Part shown: positions 54,201 to 64,000 of the stretch, in pieces | Layout of the letters: each line of letters starts with the position of its first letter | How positions within the stretch are numbered: position 1 is the stretch's first letter | Assembly: GCA_964057225.1 (NCBI GenBank) | Contig: OZ059897.1 | Coordinates: 18,786,001 to 18,850,000, forward strand | Origin: Auanema rhodensis | Taxonomy: Eukaryota; Animalia; Nematoda | Reading direction: 5' to 3' | DNA length: 64,000 nt | The notes under the pieces: model-generated | Told to the model about the DNA's origin: nothing | Seen by the model: only the letters and a program-made list of their open reading frames with translations | Databases searched by the model: none | Position numbers and translations under genes: made by a program

Positions 54201-57198
54201 TTGCTTCCAAAAACATTTTGACAAAAATTTTTTCGAAAAATTTCAAAATAATTTAGCGAAAAGTAGATGTTTTTAGATTCCTTTTTTCAAGGCAAAGACG
54301 ATGGACAATGTTATTCAACGAAAAAATTATTTCTTCAGGGTGAAAATCGAGGATATAAGTGTGAACTTATATCAGTTGATATCTCGGTGCATTTTTAAGC
54401 TAGCGTAAATCTGATAACACAGATCGACGCAGCTTAAAAATCCGCATCGAATGCACTATACTACATTGAAAAACGCTTGATACAAAAATTAGTTATGATC
54501 GTTTGAAAAATGATGCATTAGCGTATGTTGAGTTTCCATGTACACTCAACATTGCTTCCAAAAACATTTCGACAAAAATTTTTTCGAAAAATTTCAAAAT
54601 AATTTAGCAAAAAGTAGATGTTTTTAGATTCCATTTCTCAAGGCAAAGACGATAGACAATGTTATTCAACGAAAAAATTAATTCTTCAGGGTGAAAATCG
54701 AGGATATAAGTGTGAACTTATATCAGTTGATATCTCGGTGCATTTTTAAGCTAGCGCAAATCTGATAACACAGATCGACGCAGCTTAAAAATCTGCATCG
54801 AATGCACTATACTACATTGAGAAACGCTTGATACAAAAATTAGTTATGATCGTTTGAAAAATGATGCATTAGTGTATGTTGAGTTTCCATGTACACTCAA
54901 CATTGCTTCCAAAAACATTTTGACAAAAATTTTTTCGAAAAATTTCAAAATAATTTAGCGAAAAGTAGATGTTTTTAGATTCCATTTTTCAAGGCAAAGA
55001 CGATGGACAATGTTATTCAACGAAAAAATTAATTCTTCAGGGTGAAAATCGAGGATATAAGTGTGAACTTATATCAGTTGATATCTCGGTGCATTTTTAA
55101 GCTAGCGCAAATCTGATAACACAGATCGACGCAGCTTAAAAATCCGCATCGAATGCACTATACTACATTGAGAAACGTTTAATACAAAAATTAGTTATGA
55201 TCGTTTGAAAAATGATGCATTAGTGTATGTTGAGTTTCCATGTACACTCAACATTGCTTCCAAAAACATTTTGACAAAAATTTTTTCGAAAAATTTCAAA
55301 ATAATTTAGCGAAAAGTAGATGTTTTTAGATTCCATTTTTCAAGGCAAAGACGATGGACAATGTTATTCAACGAAAAAATTAATTCTTCAGGGTGAAAAT
55401 CGAGGATATAAGTGTGAACTTATATCAGTTGATATCTCGGTGCATTTTTAAGCTAGCGCAAATCTGATAACACAGATCGACGCAGCTTAAAAATCTGCAT
55501 CGAATGCACTATACTACATTGAGAAACGCTTGATACAAAAATTAGTTATGATCGTTTGAAAAATGATGCATTAGTGTATGTTGAGTTTCCATGTACACTC
55601 AACATTGCTTCCAAAAACATTTTGACAAAAATTTTTTCGAAAAATTTCAAAATAATTTAGCGAAAAGTAGATGTTTTTAGATTCCATTTTTCAAGGCAAA
55701 GACGATGGACAATGTTATTCAACGAAAAAATTAATTCTTCAGGGTGAAAATCGAGGATATAAGTGTGAACTTATATCAGTTGATATCTCGGTGCATTTTT
55801 AAGCTAGCGCAAATCTGATAACACAGATCGACGCAGCTTAAAAATCCGCATCGAATGCACTATACTACATTGAGAAACGCTTAATACAAAAATTAGTTAT
55901 GATCGTTTGAAAAATGATGCATTAGTGTATGTTGAGTTTCCATGTACACTCAACATTGCTTCCAAAAACATTTTGACAAAAATTTTTTCGAAAAATTTCA
56001 AAATAATTTAGCGAAAAGTAGATGTTTTTAGATTCCATTTTTCAAGGCAAAGACGATGGACAATGTTATTCAACGAAAAAATTAATTCTTCAGGGTGAAA
56101 ATCGAGGATATAAGTGTGAACTTATATCAGTTGATATCTCGGTGCATTTATAAGCTAGCGCAAATCTGATAACACAGATCGACGCAGCTTAAAAATCCGC
56201 ATCGAATGCACTATACTACATTGAAAAACGCTTGATACAAAAATTAGTTATGATCGTTTGAAAAATGATGCATTAGTGTATGTTGAGTTTCCATGTACAC
56301 TCAACATTGCTTCCAAAAACATTTTGACAAAAATTTTTTCGAAAAATTTCAAAATAATTTAGCGAAAAGTAGATGTTTTTAGATTCCATTTTTCAACGCA
56401 AAGACGATGGACAATGTTATTCAACGAAAAAATTAATTCTTCAGGGTGAAAGTCGAGGATATAAGTGTGAACTTATATCAGTTGATATCTCGGTGCATTT
56501 TTAAGCTAGCGCAAATCTGATAACACAGATCGACGCAGCTTAAAAATCCGCATCGAATGCATTATACTACATTAAGAAACGCGTGATACAAAAATTAGTT
56601 ATGATCGTTTGAAAAATGATGCATTAGTGTATGTTGAGTTTCCATGTACACTCAACATTGCTTCCAAAAACATTTTGACAAAAATTTTTTCGAAAAATTT
56701 CAAAATAATTTAGCAAAAAGTAGATGTTTTTAGATTCCTTTTTTCAAGGCAAAGACGATGGACAATGTTATTCAACGAAAAAATTATTTCTTCAGGGTGA
56801 AAATCGAGGATATAAGTGTGAACTTATATCAGTTGATATCTCGGTGCATTTTTAAGCTAGCGTAAATCTGATAACACAGATCGACGCAGCTTAAAAATCC
56901 GCATCGAATGCACTATACTACATTGAAAAACGCTTGATACAAAAATTAGTTATGATCGTTTGAAAAATGATGCATTAGCGTATGTTGAGTTTCCATGTAC
57001 ACTCAACATTGCTTCCAAAAACATTTCGACAAAAATTTTTTCGAAAAATTTCAAAATAATTTAGCAAAAAGTAGATGTTTTTAGATTCCATTTCTCAAGG
57101 CAAAGACGATAGACAATGTTATTCAACGAAAAAATTAATTCTTCAGGGTGAAAATCGAGGATATAAGTGTGAACTTATATCAGTTGATATCTCGGTGC
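51232..57198 (+). repeat. 7-monomer higher-order repeat: full copy (M147-153), internally deleted 4-mer (M154-157), 6/7 copy (M158-163)
   Basis: Private markers CAACGC+AAGTCG (M150/M161), GCATTATA (M151/M162) and GCGTAAAT+TAGCGT+T247C+G264A (M152/M156/M163). Confidence 0.9.
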
Positions 57199-60100
57199 AT
57201 TTTTAAGCTAGCGCAAATCTGATAACACAGATCGACGCAGCTTAAAAATCCGCATCGAATGCACTATACTACATTAAGAAACACTTGATACAAAAATTAG
57301 TTATGATCGTTTGAAAAATGATGCATTAGTGTATGTTGAGTTTCCATGTACACTCAACATTGCTTCCAAAAACATTTTGACAAAAATTTTTTCGAAAAAT
57401 TTCAAAATAATTTAGCAAAAAGTAGATGTTTTAAGATTCCATTTTTCAAGGCAAAGACGATGGACAATGTTATTCAACGAAGAAATTAATTCTTCAGGGT
57501 GAAAATCGAGGATATAAGTGTGAACTTATATCAGTTGATATCTCGGTGCATTTTTAAGTTAGCGCAAATCTGATAACACAGATCGACGCAGCTTAAAAAT
57601 CCGCATCGAATGCACTATACTACATTGAGAAACGCGTGATACAAAAATTAGTTATGATCGTTTGAAAAATGATGCATTAGTGTATGTTGAGTTTCCATGT
57701 ACACTCAACATTGCTTCCAAAAACATTTTGACAAAAATTTTTTCGAAAAATTTCAAAATAATTTAGCAAAAAGTAGATGTTTTTAGATTCCTTTTTTCAA
57801 GGCAAAGACGATGGACAATGTTATTCAACGAAAAAATTATTTCTTCAGGGTGAAAATCGAGGATATAAGTGTGAACTTATATCAGTTGATATCTCGGTGC
57901 ATTTTTAAGCTAGCGCAAATCTGATAACACAGATCGACGCAGCTTAAAAATCCGCATCGAATGCACTATACTACATTGAAAAACGCTTGATACAAAAATT
58001 AGTTATGATCGTTTGAAAAATGATGCATTAGCGTATGTTGAGTTTCCATGTACACTCAACATTGCTTCCAAAAACATTTTGACAAAAATTTTTTCGAAAA
58101 ATTTCAAAATAATTTAGCAAAAAGTAGATGTTTTAAGATTCCATTTTTCAAGGCAAAGACGATGGACAATGTTATTCAACGAAAAAATTAATTCTTCAGG
58201 GTGAAAATCGAGGATATAAGTGTGAACTTATATCAGTTGGTTTCTCGGTGCATTTTAAAGCTAGCGCAAATCTGATAACACAGATCGACGCAGCTTAAAA
58301 ATCCGCATCGAATGCACTATACTACATTGAGAAACGCTTAATACAAAAATTAGTTATGATCGTTTGAAAAATGATGCATTAGTGTATGTTGAGTTTCCAT
58401 GTACACTCAACATTGCTTCCAAAAACATTTTGACAAAACTTTTTTCGAAAAATTTCAAAATAATTTAGCGAAAAGTAGATGTTTTTAGATTCCATTTTTC
58501 AAGGCAAAGACGATGGACAATGTTATTCAACGAAAAAATTAATTCTTCAGGGTGAAAATCGAGGATATAAGTGTGAACTTATATCAGTTGATATCTCGGT
58601 GCATTTTTAAGCTAGCGCAAATCTGATAACACAGATCGACGCAGCTTAAAAATCCGCATCGAATGCACTATACTACATTGAGAAACGCTTAATACAAAAA
58701 TTAGTTATGATCGTTTGAAAAATGATGCATTAGTGTATGTTGAGTTTCCATGTACACTCAACATTGCTTCCAAAAACATTTTGACAAAAATTTTTTCGAA
58801 AAATTTCAAAATAATTTAGCAAAAAGTAGATGTTTTTAGATTCCATTTTTCAAGGCAAAGACGATGGACAATGTTATTCAACGAAAAAATTAATTCTTCA
58901 GGGTGAAAATCGAGGATATAAGTGTGAACTTATATCAGTTGATATCTCGGTGCATTTTTAAGCTAGCGCAAATCTGATAACACAGATCGACGCAGCTTAA
59001 AAATCCGCATCGAATGCACTATACTACATTGAAAAACGCTTGATACAAAAATTAGTTATGATCGTTTGAAAAATGATGCATTAGTGTATGTTGAGTTTCC
59101 ATGTACACTCAACATTGCTTCCAAAAACATTTTGACAAAAATTTTTTCGAAAAATTTCAAAATAATTTAGAAAAGTAGATGTTTTTAGATTCCATTTTTC
59201 AAGGCAAAGACGATGGACAATGTTATTCAACGAAAAAATTAATTCTTCAGGGTGAAAATCGAGGATATAAGTGTGAACTTATATCAGTTGATATCTCGGT
59301 GCATTTTTAAGCTAGCGCAAATCTGATAACACAGATCGACGCAGCTTAAAAATCCGCATCGAATGCACTATACTACATTAAGAAACGCTTGATACAAAAA
59401 TTAGTTATGATCGTTTGAAAAATGATGCATTAGTGTATGTTGAGTTTCCATGTACACTCAACATTGCTTCCAAAAACATTTTGACAAAAATTTTTTCGAA
59501 AAATTTCAAAATAATTTAGCAAAAAGTAGATGTTTTTAGATTCCATTTTTCAAGGCAAAGACGATGGACAATGTTATTCAACGAAGAAATTAATTCTTCA
59601 GGGTGAAAATCGAGGATATAAGTGTGAACTTATATCAGTTGATATCTCGGTGCATTTTTAAGCTAGCGCAAATCTGATAACACAGATCGACGCAGCTTAA
59701 AAATCCGCATCGAATGCACTATACTACATTGAGAAACGCGTGATACAAAAATTAGTTATGATCGTTTGAAAAATGATGCATTAGTGTATGTTGAGTTTCC
59801 ATGTACACTCAACATTGCTTCCAAAAACATTTCGACAAAAATTTTTTCGAAAAATTTCAAAATAATTTAGCAAAAAGTAGATGTTTTAAGATTTCATTTT
59901 TCAAGGCAAAGACGATGGACAATGTTATTCAACGAAGAAATTAATTCTTCAGGGTGAAAATCGAGGATATAAGTGTGAACTTATATCAGTTGATATCTCG
60001 GTGCATTTTTAAGCTAGCGCAAATCTGATAACACAGATCGACGCAGCTTAAAAATCTGCATCGAATGCACTATACTACATTGAGAAACGCTTAATACAAA

Positions 60101-63100
60101 AATTAGTTATGATCGTTTGAAAAATGATGCATTAGTGTATGTTGAGTTTCCATGTACACTCAACATTGCTTCCAAAAACATTTTGACAAAAATTTTTTCG
60201 AAAAATTTCAAAATAATTTAGCAAAAAGTAGATGTTTTTAGATTCCATTTTTCAAGGCAAAGACGATGGACAATGTTATTCAACGAAAAAATTAATTCTT
60301 CAGGGTGAAAATCGAGGATATAAGTGTGAACTTATATCAGTTGATATCTCGGTGCATTTTTAAGCTAGCGCAAATCTGATAACACAGATCGACGCAGCTT
60401 AAAAATCTGCATCGAATGCACTATACTACATTGAGAAACGCTTAATACAAAAATTAGTTATGATCGTTTGAAAAATGATGCATTAGTGTATGTTGAGTTT
60501 CCATGTACACTCAACATTGCTTCCAAAAACATTTTGACAAAAATTTTTTCGAAAAATTTCAAAATAATTTAGCGAAAAGTAGATGTTTTTAGATTCCATT
60601 TTTCAAGGCAAAGACGATGGACAATGTTATTCAACGAAAAAATTAATTATTCAGGGTGAAAATCGAGGATATAAGTGTGAACTTATATCAGTTGATATCT
60701 CGGTGCATTTTTAAGCTAGCGCAAATCTGATAACACAGATCGACGCAGCTTAAAAATCCGCATCGAATGCACTATACTACATTGAGAAACGCTTAATACA
60801 AAAATTAGTTATGATCGTTTGAAAAATGATGCATTAGTGTATGTTGAGTTTCCATGTACACTCAACATTGCTTCCAAAAACATTTTGACAAAAATTTTTT
60901 CGAAAAATTTCAAAATAATTTAGCGAAAAGTAGATGTTTTTAGATTCCATTTTTCAAGGCAAAGACGATGGACAATGTTATTCAACGAAAAAATTAATTC
61001 TTCAGGGTGAAAATCGAGGATATAAGTGTGAACTTATATCAGTTGATATCTCGGTGCATTTATAAGCTAGCGCAAATCTGATAACACAGATCGACGCAGC
61101 TTAAAAATCCGCATCGAATGCACTATACTACATTGAAAAACGCTTGATACAAAAATTAGTTATGATCGTTTGAAAAATGATGCATTAGTGTATGTTGAGT
61201 TTCCATGTACACTCAACATTGCTTCCAAAAACATTTTGACAAAAATTTTTTCGAAAAATTTCAAAATAATTTAGCGAAAAGTAGATGTTTTTAGATTCCA
61301 TTTTTCAAGGCAAAGACGATGGACAATGTTATTCAACGAAAAAATTAATTCTTCAGGGTGAAAGTCGAGGATATAAGTGTGAACTTATATCAGTTGATAT
61401 CTCGGTGCATTTTTAAGCTAGCGCAAATCTGATAACACAGATCGACGCAGCTTAAAAATCCGCATCGAATGCACTATACTACATTGAGAAACGCTTAATA
61501 CAAAAATTAGTTATGATCGTTTGAAAAATGATGCATTAGTGTATGTTGAGTTTCCATGTACACTCAACATTGCTTCCAAAAACATTTTGACAAAAATTTT
61601 TTCGAAAAATTTCAAAATAATTTAGCGGAAAGTAGATGTTTTTAGATTCCATTTTTCAAGGCAAAGACGATGGACAATGTTATTCAACGAAAAAATTAAT
61701 TCTTCAGGGTGAAAATCGAGGATATAAGTGTGAACTTATATCAGTTGATATCTCGGTGCATTTATAAGCTAGCGCAAATCTGATAACACAGATCGACGCA
61801 GCTTAAAAATCCGCATCGAATGCACTATACTACATTAAGAAACGCTTGATACAAAAATTAGTTATGATCGTTTGAAAAATGATGCATTAGTGTATGTTGA
61901 GTTTCCATGTACACTCAACATTGCTTCCAAAAACATTTTGACAAAAATTTTTTCGAAAAATTTCAAAATAATTTAGCGGAAAGTAGATGTTTTTAGATTC
62001 CATTTTTCAAGGCAAAGACGATGGACAATGTTATTCAACGAAAAAATTAATTATTCAGGGTGAAAATCGAGGATATAAGTGTGAACTTATATCAGTTGAT
62101 ATCTCGGTGCATTTTTAAGCTAGCGCAAATCTGATAACACAGATCGACGCAGCTTAAAAATCCGCATCGAATGCACTATACTACATTGAGAAACGCTTAA
62201 TACAAAAATTAGTTATGATCGTTTGAAAAATGATGCATTAGTGTATGTTGAGTTTCCATGTACACTCAACATTGCTTCCAAAAACATTTTGACAAAAATT
62301 TTTTCGAAAAATTTCAAAATAATTTAGCGAAAAGTAGATGTTTTTAGATTCCATTTTTCAAGGCAAAGACGATGGACAATGTTATTCAACGAAAAAATTA
62401 ATTCTTCAGGGTGAAAGTCGAGGATATAAGTGTGAACTTATATCAGTTGATATCTCGGTGCATTTTTAAGCTAGCGCAAATCTGATAACACAGATCGACG
62501 CAGCTTAAAAATCCGCATCGAATGCACTATACTACATTGAGAAACGCTTAATACAAAAATTAGTTATGATCGTTTGAAAAATGATGCATTAGTGTATGTT
62601 GAGTTTCCATGTACACTCAACATTGCTTCCAAAAACATTTTGACAAAAATTTTTTCGAAAAATTTCAAAATAATTTAGCGGAAAGTAGATGTTTTTAGAT
62701 TCCATTTTTCAAGGCAAAGACGATGGACAATGTTATTCAACGAAAAAATTAATTCTTCAGGGTGAAAATCGAGGATATAAGTGTGAACTTATATCAGTTG
62801 ATATCTCGGTGCATTTATAAGCTAGCGCAAATCTGATAACACAGATCGACGCAGCTTAAAAATCCGCATCGAATGCACTATACTACATTAAGAAACGCTT
62901 GATACAAAAATTAGTTATGATCGTTTGAAAAATGATGCATTAGTGTATGTTGAGTTTCCATGTACACTCAACATTGCTTCCAAAAACATTTTGACAAAAA
63001 TTTTTTCGAAAAATTTCAAAATAATTTAGCGGAAAGTAGATGTTTTTAGATTCCATTTTTCAAGGCAAAGACGATGGACAATGTTATTCAACGAAAAAAT

Positions 63101-64000
63101 TAATTCTTCAGGGTGAAAATCGAGGATATAAGTGTGAACTTATATCAGTTGATATCTCGGTGCATTTATAAGCTAGCGCAAATCTGATAACACAGATCGA
63201 CGCAGCTTAAAAATCCGCATCGAATGCACTATACTACATTAAGAAACGCTTGATACAAAAATTAGTTATGATCGTTTGAAAAATGATGCATTAGTGTATG
63301 TTGAGTTTCCATGTACACTCAACATTGCTTCCAAAAACATTTTGACAAAAATTTTTTCGAAAAATTTCAAAATAATTTAGCAAAAAGTAGATGTTTTAAG
63401 ATTCCATTTTTCAAGGCAAAGACGATGGACAATGTTATTCAACGAAAAAATTATTTCTTCAGGGTGAAAATCGAGGATATAAGTGTGAACTTATATCAGT
63501 TGATATCTCGGTGCATTTTTAAGCTAGCGCAAATCTGATAACACAGATCGACGCAGCTTAAAAATCCGCATCGAATGCACTATACTACATTGAGAAACGC
63601 TTAATACAAAAATTAGTTATGATCGTTTGAAAAATGATGCATTAGTGTATGTTGAGTTTCCATGTACACTCAACATTGCTTCCAAAAACATTTTGACAAA
63701 AATTTTTTCGAAAAATTTCAAAATAATTTAGCGAAAAGTAGATGTTTTTAGTTTCCATTTCTCAAGGCAAAGACGATAGACAATGTTATTCAACGAAAAA
63801 ATTAATTCTTCAGGGTGAAAATCGAGGATATAAGTGTGAACTTATATCAGTTGATATCTCGGTGCATTTTTAAGCTAGCGCAAATCTGATAACACAGATC
63901 GACGCAGCTTAAAAATCCGCATCGAATGCACTATACTACATTGAGAAACGCTTAATACAAAAATTAGTTATGATCGTTTGAAAAATGATGCATTAGTGTA

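Larger units (their letters stand above)
1..64000. repeat. Tandem satellite DNA array, 351-bp monomer, ~182.4 copies, head-to-tail, runs off both window edges
   Basis: ATTTTTAAGCTAGCGCAAATC recurs at 1, 352, 1054 and onward to 63866. 182x351+1-17=63866, matching the 17 bp of observed deletions. Monomers differ at only a few sites each. Confidence 0.99.

Noticed and set aside
5764-63538. 75-aa ORFs (5764-5991, 6115-6342, 63311-63538)
   Set aside because: They need the chance combination T235A+A291T to remove two stops. The frame is closed in all other monomers, and there is no evidence of coding constraint.
1-64000. CRISPR-like or cassette array (palindromic repeats with variable spacers)
   Set aside because: Sequence between the palindromes is as conserved as the palindromes themselves. 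There are no unique spacers and no cas, integrase or RT genes. The p78-90 patch varies only by SNPs that follow duplication history.
1-64000. Rolling-circle amplification or sequencing concatemer artefact
   Set aside because: Variants are shared in ordered, nested, position-dependent patterns and indels are very rare, unlike random errors on a single template.

Overview
The whole 64-kb window is one uninterrupted, head-to-tail satellite DNA array with a 351-bp monomer (about 32% GC; 111 G+C in monomer 1). It holds 182 complete monomers plus a 135-bp partial one (63866-64000), all in the same orientation. The register shifts by exactly 17 bp over the window, which one 1-bp deletion (22653-22657) and eight 2-bp deletions (44.1-59.2 kb) fully explain. 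I found no unique sequence, transposon insertion, inversion, gene, RNA gene or CRISPR spacer. The ORF-track entries are chance read-throughs made by monomer SNPs that remove stop codons. This most resembles eukaryotic centromeric or pericentromeric satellite (inference; I cannot name the family or species). The informative content lies at two levels. (i) The monomer carries four dyad symmetries, including a ~67-nt hairpin across the monomer junction, along with A-tracts and excess CpG. (ii) Shared SNPs split the array into three variant domains and a series of short, low-copy higher-order repeats (2- to 9-mers), with a chimeric breakpoint mappable to ~25 bp and long-range sharing of haplotypes. 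I found no support for a novel protein- or RNA-encoding system. Notation: Mn = nth monomer counted from base 1; pN = position within the monomer. Variants were read by eye, so a few may have been missed.
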